A DNA stretch of 64,000 bases from Clostridia bacterium (GCA_022790575.1 JAAVXM010000025.1:410-64409), one strand, 5' to 3'. Positions 47,814-57,114 are shown, counted from the first letter of the stretch. The notes: generated by a model from the letters alone, not told the origin. A program made the numbers and translations.

Positions 47814-48809
47814 ATGGATTTATATGAGAAAAATGGAAATGTACTATACATATTAAATGTGTTAAAAAAATATAGTGATGAAGAACATATGGTCTCAGTG
47901 ACAGAAATTCAAAGAAAAATCAAGGAGATATATGATGTACAAATTGATACAAGAACAATCAGAAGAAATATAAATCTTTTAAAATATAAGTTAAATTATG
48001 ACATAAGTACAAGAGAAGAAAATGGAAAAGGGTATTATATTAATAGAGACCCTGATACGGATTTTGAACCTGGAGAAATAAGAGCCATAATTGATAATTT
48101 TAGTTATGCAAATTATATTGTCCCAAGAGTTGCTAAAGACATAATTGAAAAATGTAAAAACATTCAAAGTGTATATGAAAATGAAAAACTAAAAGATTAT
48201 CAAATATATGCAAATGATTCAAAAACAGAAAATGTAGAGGTAATTAAGAATATAGAGGATATCACAAATAGCATATATAACAATAATAAAATAAAATTTG
48301 AATATTGGAAATACATAATCACAAATAAACTAGAAAAAAAGATAGTAAGTTCTCCAACAGTTTCTCCATATGCGATTATATATAATAAGCAAGAGTTTTA
48401 TCTAATTGGTATAAAAGAAGGGCAACAAAACTTTTATAATTATAGATTAGATAGAATAAAAAATATAAAAATTCTTAATGAAAAAATCTCAATAAAAAAG
48501 AAAAAAAGCGAAGTACAAGAGTTTGCCGAATCTTCAGTTGAGATGTATGGAGGCAAGAAAGAGGAAGTTGAAGCAATTTGCAATATTAGACTATTAGATG
48601 CTATTTTCGATATATTTGGCAGAAATGTTACTATTGAAAAAATATCTGGAGATGATAATAACTTTAAATTAATTGTTGATACAAATCCTTTAGGTTTTAG
48701 AATGTGGGCTATGAGAAATATAGATTTGGTTGAAGTAAAAAGACCATTATCTCTTAGAGAAGAAATGAGAAAAATTATAAAAGAAGCGGCAAATAAATAT
48801 AACCAATAA
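47814..48809 (+). CDS. HTH + WYL domain transcriptional regulator
   Basis: N-terminal wHTH (MVSVTEIQRKIKE...IDTRTIRRNINLL). Central WYL-type segment (EFYLIGIKEG..NFYNYRLDRIKNIKIL). ATG 47814 lies behind AAAGGAGA, 19 nt after the previous stop. Confidence 0.8.
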   Translation: MDLYEKNGNVLYILNVLKKYSDEEHMVSVTEIQRKIKEIYDVQIDTRTIRRNINLLKYKLNYDISTREENGKGYYINRDPDTDFEPGEIRAIIDNFSYANYIVPRVAKDIIEKCKNIQSVYENEKLKDYQIYANDSKTENVEVIKNIEDITNSIYNNNKIKFEYWKYIITNKLEKKIVSSPTVSPYAIIYNKQEFYLIGIKEGQQNFYNYRLDRIKNIKILNEKISIKKKKSEVQEFAESSVEMYGGKKEEVEAICNIRLLDAIFDIFGRNVTIEKISGDDNNFKLIVDTNPLGFRMWAMRNIDLVEVKRPLSLREEMRKIIKEAANKYNQ

Positions 48810-48838
48810 AATATATAATAGAAATGGAAATATAATAT

Positions 48839-49747
48839 ATGATAGATATAGAAGCAATTATTAAAGAATTTATAGAAGGTACTTACAATAATACAGATTA
48901 TCCTACAAAATATTCTGTATGTGAATCATTAAAAAACAGAGGAAAATACTCACAATATATATACAATGAATTTAGTTTACAACATGAACTAGGAAATTAT
49001 TTAAGATACAAGTTAAATAAAGAGACAAATGGAAATTTTGAATATTTTGTTATATTTGAATATAATATTAATGAATTAATAGACAATAACTCAAAGATTG
49101 ATACTTGTAAAAGAGAAATTGATATTTTAATTATCAAATACAATACCAAAAAAGGGTGTACAGAAAAAAAGTATGCAATAGAATTAAAATATCTAAAAAA
49201 TGAGGCATATCCATATAGAATGTTTCAATGTATAAAAGATATGAGGTTTATGAATGACGTTTTAGAAGCAGGTATTGATGAGTCATATTGTGTAGTAGTA
49301 ACTGAAAACAGAGGTTTTTATGAAAGTACAAGTGAAAAGAACAAACATTTACACGAAAATAAAAAATTATTATCGGCTTATAAAAACTATGAAAAATCTC
49401 TAAATGAAGAAAAGGAAAGACTGTTAAAAAATCTAGGAAAAAATAATAAGGAACTTAAAAAAATTAACAAGCAAATAGAAATGGTAGAAGAAATAATAAA
49501 TGCAAATAATAAAGATTGTTTTCCTATAATTTACAAGTATTTTCGAGAATCAAATTGTGTATGGGAACGAGGAAAATATATTTATAGTAACTTAATAAAT
49601 AAGTTAGACATAATTGATATAAATGATTTTAACAAAAAAATGAAGTTTGAATGGTATTCTGTTAATAAAGAAGACATAAATGAGACAAATAAATATTATA
49701 TTTTAAAGTTTGAAAAAAAACATCACAATGCAATACGTGACCACTGA
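48839..49747 (+). CDS. 302-aa hypothetical protein with a PD-(D/E)xK-like core and a coiled-coil segment
   Basis: SLQHELGNYL...KREIDILII...KYAIELKYLKN...QCIKD fits an E...D...ExK...Q pattern. Lys/Glu-rich coiled coil around residues 170-210. Confidence 0.5.
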   Translation: MIDIEAIIKEFIEGTYNNTDYPTKYSVCESLKNRGKYSQYIYNEFSLQHELGNYLRYKLNKETNGNFEYFVIFEYNINELIDNNSKIDTCKREIDILIIKYNTKKGCTEKKYAIELKYLKNEAYPYRMFQCIKDMRFMNDVLEAGIDESYCVVVTENRGFYESTSEKNKHLHENKKLLSAYKNYEKSLNEEKERLLKNLGKNNKELKKINKQIEMVEEIINANNKDCFPIIYKYFRESNCVWERGKYIYSNLINKLDIIDINDFNKKMKFEWYSVNKEDINETNKYYILKFEKKHHNAIRDH

Positions 49748-49753
49748 TATTTT

Positions 49754-49806
49754 AATCTTAATTCTTATAATGTATAATAAAAACACTATAAGAATTAAGA
49801 TTTTTT
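49754..49806 (+). terminator. strong intrinsic terminator closing the five-gene operon
   Basis: Perfect 16-nt arms aatcttaattcttata (49754-49769) / tataagaattaagatt (49787-49802) plus a T-run. Confidence 0.75.
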
Positions 49807-49826
49807 ATATAAGGAGGAAATAAAAG

Positions 49827-51416
49827 ATGTTAAATAATTACAAATTAGATGCAGAAGATGAGGAAATTTTAAATGAACTAGATAATTTATGTGGAGTTGT
49901 TCAAAACAAAGATGTACTAAAGGATATAATTACATATATTAAATTAAGGCAAAATGATGAACTAGATTTTGGGAATTACAATATAATTATACGAAATGAC
50001 TCTTCTTACAATTTATTAAATGACCTTATAAGAGTTTGTGCTAAAATATTTGTGAAATATGAAATTATTTCAAATGATAGGATATGTTGTTTAGATAAAA
50101 TAATAAATAGCAGAAGAAGTTGTCCTTTTGATAAAATATCTGGAATTGAAGAAAGTATCATTGTAATTAATGACAGGAAATTACACATCGAATATACAGA
50201 TGAAATTGATAATTTGAGTAGAATTATGAAGCAATTTAAAGATAAAATATTTATTTTTGAGGACACGAATTATTGTGAAGGAGAAACAGATGCAGAACTT
50301 GGTCCTCTTGTAAATTGGAGATTAACAATTGAAAAGATATCATTAGAGGATAAACTAATGTATTGTAGAAATAGGTTAGATGAGAATAATTTAAAATATA
50401 AAAAGCAAGATATAAAAGAATTTGTAGATGTACCATTTTGGATGTTAAAAAACATGATAAATAAACTTATAATTGAATGTAAAAGTGGAAGTATCAATTT
50501 AATTAATAAGCAAATGCTTAACAAGAATAAACAAACATTTACAAAAAGCAATTCTAATCATCGTTCTAGAAATAGAAATAAAAAGGCTGATAAAAGTGCA
50601 AAAGAGGAATTGAATGGTTTAATTGGACTTGAGGGCATCAAAATGCAAATGGATAAAATTCTCAACTATGTAAAATTAAATAAGGAGAGAGGCAAAATGC
50701 CTACATTACATATGTGTTTTACAGGTAATCCTGGAACAGGAAAGACTAGCATTGCTAGAATAATTGGGAAGTTATTTGAACAAGAAAACATTTTAAGTGG
50801 AAGTGGTGATTTTGTTGAGATTCATGGACGAGACTTAGTAGCTAAATATGTAGGGTGGACTGCACAGAAAGTTCATAATACAGTCGAAAAAGCTATTGGA
50901 GGAGTTTTATTTATAGATGAAGCATATAGTTTGGTTTCTGATACAAAAGGTGGATTTGAGGATGAAGCTATTGCAACATTGATAAAAGAAATGGAAGACC
51001 ATAGAGATGAAATCTGTATAATACTTGCAGGTTATACTAATGAAATGGAAAATTTAATTAGGCAGAATCCAGGTTTTGAAAGTAGAATACAATTTACAGT
51101 TGAATTTCCAGATTATAATGAAAATGAATTACTAGAGATATTTACAGAATTGTGCAAGAAAGAACACTATAGGTTGTCAGAGACAGGAAAAGATATTCTA
51201 ATAAATCATTTTGCTATTGCCAAAAGTAAAGAAGCTTTTGGTAATGGAAGATATGTAAGAAATATATTTGAAAAAGTAAAATTTGAACAAGCAGACAGAA
51301 TAATTAGAACTAGTAGTAAATCAGTAAACACAATTAATAAAACTGATATTGAATGTGCACTTAAATCTTTTACATTAGATATAAAAGAAAAGAGAAAAAT
51401 CGGTTTTTGTGGTTAA
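49827..51416 (+). CDS. AAA+ ATPase of the CbbX/SpoVK type with a ~270-aa N-terminal extension
   Basis: Walker A GNPGTGKTS, Walker B VLFIDEAYSL, then ILAGY and GFESRI, typical of the CbbX/SpoVK/EccA clade. The N-terminal half lacks a P-loop. Confidence 0.8.
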   Translation: MLNNYKLDAEDEEILNELDNLCGVVQNKDVLKDIITYIKLRQNDELDFGNYNIIIRNDSSYNLLNDLIRVCAKIFVKYEIISNDRICCLDKIINSRRSCPFDKISGIEESIIVINDRKLHIEYTDEIDNLSRIMKQFKDKIFIFEDTNYCEGETDAELGPLVNWRLTIEKISLEDKLMYCRNRLDENNLKYKKQDIKEFVDVPFWMLKNMINKLIIECKSGSINLINKQMLNKNKQTFTKSNSNHRSRNRNKKADKSAKEELNGLIGLEGIKMQMDKILNYVKLNKERGKMPTLHMCFTGNPGTGKTSIARIIGKLFEQENILSGSGDFVEIHGRDLVAKYVGWTAQKVHNTVEKAIGGVLFIDEAYSLVSDTKGGFEDEAIATLIKEMEDHRDEICIILAGYTNEMENLIRQNPGFESRIQFTVEFPDYNENELLEIFTELCKKEHYRLSETGKDILINHFAIAKSKEAFGNGRYVRNIFEKVKFEQADRIIRTSSKSVNTINKTDIECALKSFTLDIKEKRKIGFCG

Positions 51417-51426
51417 AGAAATAAGG

Positions 51427-51453
51427 AATCTAGATGAAAAATCTAGATTTTTT
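51427..51453 (+). terminator. intrinsic terminator after the AAA+ gene
   Basis: aatctagat / atctagatt stem followed by a T-run. Confidence 0.65.
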
Positions 51454-51462
51454 ATTTTTGTA

Positions 51463-51519
51463 TTGACACAGTGTCAGAAAAGTGATATAAAATAAATATC
51501 TGACACAGCGTCAGATATG
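51463..51519 (+). promoter_or_regulatory. promoter with two palindromic operators in front of the TetR gene
   Basis: TTGACA (51463-51468), 17 nt spacer, TATAAA (51486-51491). Palindrome tgacacAgtgtca at 51464-51476 overlaps the -35. A second palindrome atatctgac-acagc-gtcagatat lies at 51495-51517. Confidence 0.55.
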
Positions 51520-51574
51520 ACAGAGTATAAAAATATACAAGCAAATATATACTACAAGTAAAAGGAGGGTATAA

Positions 51575-52189
51575 ATGTCAAAAGAAACAACAGATTTAAG
51601 AAAAGAAGAAATTATAAGTGCATGTGAAGAACTATATGAAAATTGTAGTTTTAAAGATATAACAATAAAGCTTATAGGGGAAAAAACCTCATTATCAAGA
51701 CCATCTATATACAATTACTTTCAAACCAAAGAAGAGATATTTCTTGCATTGTTGAAAAGAGAATATGAAAAATGGATAGAAGATTTAGAAAAAATATATG
51801 TCAAAAACGAAAAGATGGAAAAAGAACAATTTGCAGATATATTAGCAAAAACAGTTGAGAAAAGAAAAAAGCTACTAAAATTACTATCTATGAATTTATA
51901 TGATATTGAAGAAAATAGTAGTGTAGACAGTTTGATAGACTTTAAAAAATCATATAATAGTGCAATAAAATTAGTAAAGAAATTATTAGATAAGTATTTT
52001 AAAGAAATGAATGAGGAAAATAAAAACGAATTCTTATTTTCATTTTTTCCATTAATGTTTGGACTTTATCCATATGCTTTTGCAACCAAAAAGCAAAAAA
52101 TAGCAATGGAAAAAGCAAATGTATTATATAAGGAATACACAATATATGAAATTGCGTACATGAGTATAAAAAAGCTATTAGTAGTATAA
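51575..52189 (+). CDS. TetR/AcrR family transcriptional regulator
   Basis: N-terminal HTH (ITIKLIGEKTSLSRPSIYNYFQTKEEIF) plus a helical C-terminal domain. Confidence 0.85.
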   Translation: MSKETTDLRKEEIISACEELYENCSFKDITIKLIGEKTSLSRPSIYNYFQTKEEIFLALLKREYEKWIEDLEKIYVKNEKMEKEQFADILAKTVEKRKKLLKLLSMNLYDIEENSSVDSLIDFKKSYNSAIKLVKKLLDKYFKEMNEENKNEFLFSFFPLMFGLYPYAFATKKQKIAMEKANVLYKEYTIYEIAYMSIKKLLVV

Positions 52190-52299
52190 AAGTACAAGTG
52201 GAACAGGAATAAGTGGATGTGAAAATGATTTAAAAAATGCTTATCCACAATATAATTGGAAAAAATGAAAAAGATTAAATAGAAAGGAAAAAAATAGTT

Positions 52300-54060
52300 A
52301 TGTATTTAGAAAAAATTAATAGTCCAAAGGACATAAAAAACTTAAAAATAGAGGAATTAAATCAGTTATCAGAAGAAATAAGAAAGGCATTAATGAATAG
52401 ATTAACAAAAATGGGAGGACATTTTGGACCAAATTTTGGTATTGTAGAAACAATAATTGCAATGCATTATGTATTTGAATCTCCAAAAGACAAATTCGTA
52501 TTTGATGTATCACATCAAACATATACACATAAAATGCTAACAGGAAGAAAAAATGGGTATCTTTATGAAGAACAATTCAAAGAAGTATCAGGATATACAA
52601 ATCCAGAAGAAAGTGAGCATGATTTCTTTAATATAGGACATACATCAACCTCAATTAGTCTAGCATCTGGGTTAGCAAAAGCAAGAGATTTAAAAGGAGA
52701 TAATGAGAATATCATTGCAGTTATTGGAGATGGCTCACTAAGTGGTGGAGAGGCATTTGAGGGATTAAATTATGTTGGCTCAGAACTAGGTTCAAACTTT
52801 ATAATAGTTGTAAATGACAATCAGCAATCTATTGCAGAAAACCATGGAGGAATTTATAAAAATTTAGAAGAGTTAAGAAAAACAAATGGAACAGCAGAAA
52901 ACAATTTATTTAAAGCAATGGGATTAGACTATATTTATGAAAATGAAGGTAATAATATTGAAAAAATGATAAAAACATTTGAAAAAGTAAAAAACATAAA
53001 TCATCCAATAGTAATTCATATAAATACCAAGAAAGGGAAAGGCTTTAAACTTGCAGAAGAAAATAGAGAAATTTGGCATTGGTGTATGCCTTTTGATGAG
53101 AAAACAGGTAAATCAACTATTAACTTTGGGGATGAGGAAGATTATGCAACATTAACAGCAGATTTATTACTTGAGAAAATGAAAAAAGATAAAACTGTAG
53201 TGGCAGTTACTCCAGCTATGCCTACAACTATTGGTTTTAATATTGAAAAAAGAAAGCAAGCAGGAAGTCAATTTGTAGATGTAGGAATAGCAGAAGAACA
53301 TGCAATTGCTTTAATCTCAGGAATTGCAAGAAACGGAGCAAAACCTATACTTGGAACAAATGCAACATTTATACAAAGAACATATGACCAAATATCACAA
53401 GACTTATGTATAAATAACAATCCAGCAACAATAGTTCTAAACTATACATCAGTTGCAGGATTGAATGATGTTACACATTTGGGAATATTCACTATTTCTG
53501 CTTTTTCACATATTCCAAATTTAGTAATACTTGCTCCAACAAATAAGAATGAATATATGTCAATGCTTGATTGGTCAATTGAGCAAAATAAATATCCTGT
53601 AATGATACTAATGCCTGGAAATGGAGTAATAAAAGATGAGAGAATAGCAGATAAAGATTATAGTAATATAAATAAATATAAAATAGAAGTACATGGAGAA
53701 AGGGTCGCAATTATAGCAGCTGGTGATTTCTATCAGATTGGAGAAAAAGTTTTAGAAGTAGTAAAAGAAAAACTAGGATTTACACCAACATTAATTAATC
53801 CAAGATATCTAACTGGATTAGATAATACAATGTTAGAAGAATTAAAGGAAAAGCATAAAATTGTAATAACATTAGAAGATGGACTTTTAGATGGTGGATT
53901 TGGAACAAATATTTCAAGCTATTATGGAACAGCAGATATGAAAGTAAAAAATTATGGGTTAAAAAAAGAGTTTATAGATAGATATGATATAGATGATATA
54001 TTAAAAGAAAATTGCCTTACTCCTGAGCAAATATTAAAAGACATTGAACAAATGTTATAA
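52300..54060 (+). CDS. 1-deoxy-D-xylulose-5-phosphate synthase-like transketolase-family enzyme
   Basis: N-terminus LEKINSPKDIKNL..EELNQLSEEIR...GGHFGPNFGIVE...HYVF.SPKDKFVFDVSHQTYTHKMLTGR, and ThDP motif GDGSLSGGEAFEGLN. It is somewhat shorter than canonical Dxs, so paralog status is open. Confidence 0.75.
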   Translation: MYLEKINSPKDIKNLKIEELNQLSEEIRKALMNRLTKMGGHFGPNFGIVETIIAMHYVFESPKDKFVFDVSHQTYTHKMLTGRKNGYLYEEQFKEVSGYTNPEESEHDFFNIGHTSTSISLASGLAKARDLKGDNENIIAVIGDGSLSGGEAFEGLNYVGSELGSNFIIVVNDNQQSIAENHGGIYKNLEELRKTNGTAENNLFKAMGLDYIYENEGNNIEKMIKTFEKVKNINHPIVIHINTKKGKGFKLAEENREIWHWCMPFDEKTGKSTINFGDEEDYATLTADLLLEKMKKDKTVVAVTPAMPTTIGFNIEKRKQAGSQFVDVGIAEEHAIALISGIARNGAKPILGTNATFIQRTYDQISQDLCINNNPATIVLNYTSVAGLNDVTHLGIFTISAFSHIPNLVILAPTNKNEYMSMLDWSIEQNKYPVMILMPGNGVIKDERIADKDYSNINKYKIEVHGERVAIIAAGDFYQIGEKVLEVVKEKLGFTPTLINPRYLTGLDNTMLEELKEKHKIVITLEDGLLDGGFGTNISSYYGTADMKVKNYGLKKEFIDRYDIDDILKENCLTPEQILKDIEQML

Positions 54061-54065
54061 TAGTA

Positions 54066-54105
54066 AAAAGAGTTAATCTTGATATTTTGAGATTAACTTT
54101 TTTTG
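54066..54105 (+). terminator. intrinsic terminator
   Basis: agttaatct / agattaact stem followed by a T-run. Confidence 0.6.
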
Positions 54106-54184
54106 TAATATCTATTGACAATATAAAAGCAAAATAGTATTATTGTATTATGCAAGTAATACAATAATAGAAAGGAAAAGAGTT

Positions 54185-54550
54185 GTGAATTATATTTTTG
54201 ATAATGATAGACCAATTTATGTTCAATTAGTTGAGAAATTAAGACTAGAAATAGTTTCTGGAAATTTAAAGGTAGGGGATAGGCTACCTTCTGTAAGAGA
54301 GCTAGCACTTGCAGTAAGAGTCAATCCCAATACAATGCAAAAAGCTTTAGCTGAATTAGAAAGTGAAGGCTTAGTTTACACAGAAAGAACTAATGGAAAA
54401 TTTGTAACAGATAATAAAAAATTAATTGAAGAAATAAAAAGGAATTTAGCTAAAGAAAAAGTAAAAAAATACTTAAATGATATGAAAGACATAGGTATAA
54501 CTTATGAAGAAGCAATTAAATACTTGCATGAGTTAGGAGGAAAAGAATAA
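54185..54550 (+). CDS. GntR family (YtrA subfamily) transcriptional regulator
   Basis: PIYVQLVEKLRLEIVSGNLKVGDRLPSVRELALAVRVNPNTMQKAL. Short C-terminal domain. GTG 54185 lies behind AAAGGAAAAG. Confidence 0.85.
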   Translation: MNYIFDNDRPIYVQLVEKLRLEIVSGNLKVGDRLPSVRELALAVRVNPNTMQKALAELESEGLVYTERTNGKFVTDNKKLIEEIKRNLAKEKVKKYLNDMKDIGITYEEAIKYLHELGGKE

Positions 54551-55245
54551 TGGAATTATTAGAATGTAAACATTTATGCAAAGAATTTGATAATAAGCAG
54601 ATTTTACAAGATATAAACTTGACAATTCCAAAAGGAAAAATCATAGGTCTTCTAGGGAAAAATGGAGCAGGCAAAAGCACATTAATAAAACTAATAAATG
54701 ATTTGTTAACACCAACAAGTGGAGAGATATTAATAAATGGGGAAAATCCAGGGGTATCCTCAAAAGAAATAATAGCATATTTGCCAGAAAGAACATATCT
54801 AGATAAAGAAATGACAATAAAGCAAGCAATAAAATATTTCTCAGAATTTTACTCAAATTTTGATACAGAAAAAGCAATGAAGTTATTAAAGGACCTGAAT
54901 TTAGATATAAGTAAAAAAATATCAAAAATGTCAAAGGGAATGCAAGAAAAGCTACAGTTAATTCTTGTTATGAGTAGGAAAGCAAGTATTTATATATTAG
55001 ATGAACCATTAGGTGGTGTTGACCCTGCAACAAGAGATTATATATTAGACACTATACTTTCTAATTTTAGTGAAGGTGCAAGTGTAATTATATCTACACA
55101 TTTAATCTCAGACATTGAACGAATTTTAGATGAAATTATCTTTATGGACAATGGGAAAATTGTTTTAACATCTTCAGCAGATGAATTAAGAAACAAAGAA
55201 AACAGTTCAATAGATGAGGTATTTAGGAGGTATTTCAAATGTTAG
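54550..55245 (+). CDS. ABC transporter ATP-binding protein
   Basis: Walker A GKNGAGKST, Walker B ILDEPLGGVD. Overlaps the GntR stop (ATAATG). Confidence 0.85.
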   Translation: MELLECKHLCKEFDNKQILQDINLTIPKGKIIGLLGKNGAGKSTLIKLINDLLTPTSGEILINGENPGVSSKEIIAYLPERTYLDKEMTIKQAIKYFSEFYSNFDTEKAMKLLKDLNLDISKKISKMSKGMQEKLQLILVMSRKASIYILDEPLGGVDPATRDYILDTILSNFSEGASVIISTHLISDIERILDEIIFMDNGKIVLTSSADELRNKENSSIDEVFRRYFKC

Positions 55246-56030
55246 GAAAATTATTAAAATATGATTTAAAATGGATATATAAAGTTGTTGTAGTATTTTA
55301 CATATTATCATTTATTTTTTCTATAATAGGTAGAACTTTAGGTAGTATTGAGAATTCAGTAATATTTTCAGTAGTTTCAAAAATTACATTTGGTTTTGCA
55401 ATAGCTATGATGGCAAGTAGCATAATAAACTGCTTAATGAGATTATGGAGTAGGTTTATGAAGAATCTATATAAAGATGAGTCATATTTAACACATACAC
55501 TTCCAATAGAAAAAAATACAATATATTTATCAAAAGTTATATCTGCAATCATATGTATTTTTACTACAATAGTTGTTATTTTAGCATGTTTATTTATATG
55601 TTATTACTCAGAGACAAATATGCAAGCATTAAAGGGCTTTTTAGAACTTGCTGCATCAACATATAATACTACTGTACTAAATCTTCTATTATTAGTTTCT
55701 ATAGTAATACTTTTAGAAATTATATTTATAGTTTTAATAGGGTATATTGGAATAATACTTGGTCATAAATCAAATAAAAGAAAAATGGTGAAAACAGTTA
55801 TAATAGGATTTGCATTATATATAATAACACAAATAATAACTTTAGCATTAATATATATTCTAGGTTTATTTAATTCAAGTGTTATGAACTTGATTAATAC
55901 CACTGATATAATTAATGTTGATGCTATAAAGACTGTAATGTTTTATGGAGTAGGCATATATATAATTTATATCTTATTCTATAATTTCTTAGGCAAAATG
56001 GCATTTCAAAAGGGTGTTGATGTCGAATAA
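55239..56030 (+). CDS. membrane protein (ABC-2-like permease partner)
   Basis: Six hydrophobic segments. Overlaps the end of the ATPase gene. Typical YtrA-type three-gene module. Confidence 0.6.
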   Translation: MLGKLLKYDLKWIYKVVVVFYILSFIFSIIGRTLGSIENSVIFSVVSKITFGFAIAMMASSIINCLMRLWSRFMKNLYKDESYLTHTLPIEKNTIYLSKVISAIICIFTTIVVILACLFICYYSETNMQALKGFLELAASTYNTTVLNLLLLVSIVILLEIIFIVLIGYIGIILGHKSNKRKMVKTVIIGFALYIITQIITLALIYILGLFNSSVMNLINTTDIINVDAIKTVMFYGVGIYIIYILFYNFLGKMAFQKGVDVE

Positions 56031-56133
56031 AACTCAAAAAATCATTATACCAAATTCTTAAATCAAATGTATATTTACATAAAAATCGACTTTTATGTAA
56101 AATTATGGTATAATTTATTTTGAGGTGAAAAAA

Positions 56134-57006
56134 ATGAATAATTCAAGAGAAATAGTAAGTAGTGTAATAAGCATACTACCAAAAGCAAAAAGAATTTTAG
56201 AAAACCAAAAGCAAATAACAATACAAGAAAAAGAAGGTTTAGGAAATATTGTAACAAATGTTGACATAGACATGGAAAAATATTTATGTGATAGTTTACA
56301 ATCACGTTACAGTGAAGCACAAATAATTGCAGAAGAATCTGCTGATTCATGTGAAGTAAAAAATAGCTCTTTAAAATTTGTAATAGACCCATTAGATGGT
56401 TCAACTAATTTTAGTAATAGTTGGCCACACTCAATTGCAATAGGAGTAGTTGGTGAAGACGAATTAATAGGTGGAGTTATATATGATGCATTACAAGAGA
56501 AAATATATGCAGCTGTAAAATGTGAAGGAGTTGTAGAAATCGACATAAATGATATGGAAAATGTTAAAAAGGTAGAAAAGCCACAATATCCTAATGGAAA
56601 CATAAAAAAATCTGTAATTGCACATGACACACCATATGGAAATGAAGCATTTGATACTACAGTTGATGTATATTCAGAGCTTGTAAAAGAAGGTGCTAGT
56701 GCAAAAACAGTTGGACCAATATCTTTAGATGTTCTAAAGGCTGCCCTTGGAGCAGAGAATCGCCCTCATGATTACTATGATGCTGTATGGCATATGGAAG
56801 TTAGAGCATGGGATTTATGTGCATCAACTGCAATATTAAGAGAATTGGGTGGAGATATAATAGGAAAAGATGGTAAACCTTTATCAATAGACACACTAAC
56901 AAACCCAAGAGCAAAAATTGCATTTTTCGCTTCAGGAAACGAAAAACTTAGAGATAATATCTATAATATATATGAAAAAGTAGCAGAAAAAGGTAATGAA
57001 AGATAA
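56134..57006 (+). CDS. inositol monophosphatase family protein
   Basis: FVIDPLDGSTNF and WDLCASTAILRELGG motifs. ATG 56134 lies behind GAGGTG. Confidence 0.8.
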   Translation: MNNSREIVSSVISILPKAKRILENQKQITIQEKEGLGNIVTNVDIDMEKYLCDSLQSRYSEAQIIAEESADSCEVKNSSLKFVIDPLDGSTNFSNSWPHSIAIGVVGEDELIGGVIYDALQEKIYAAVKCEGVVEIDINDMENVKKVEKPQYPNGNIKKSVIAHDTPYGNEAFDTTVDVYSELVKEGASAKTVGPISLDVLKAALGAENRPHDYYDAVWHMEVRAWDLCASTAILRELGGDIIGKDGKPLSIDTLTNPRAKIAFFASGNEKLRDNIYNIYEKVAEKGNER

Positions 57007-57114
57007 GATAAAAAGAAGAACCAGCTTTATTGGGCAAAAAAGTTCAATAAGGTTAGTTTTTTTATTGTAAAAGCACACAAAATGTGTTAGAATTATTGCA
57101 TGGAGGAGAGGTAT

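Noticed and set aside
52241-52249. Perfect DnaA box TTATCCACA upstream of the DXS-like gene
   Set aside because: It is a single isolated box with no cluster, no AT-rich unwinding element context and no dnaA/dnaN nearby. It is most likely chance in an AT-rich genome.
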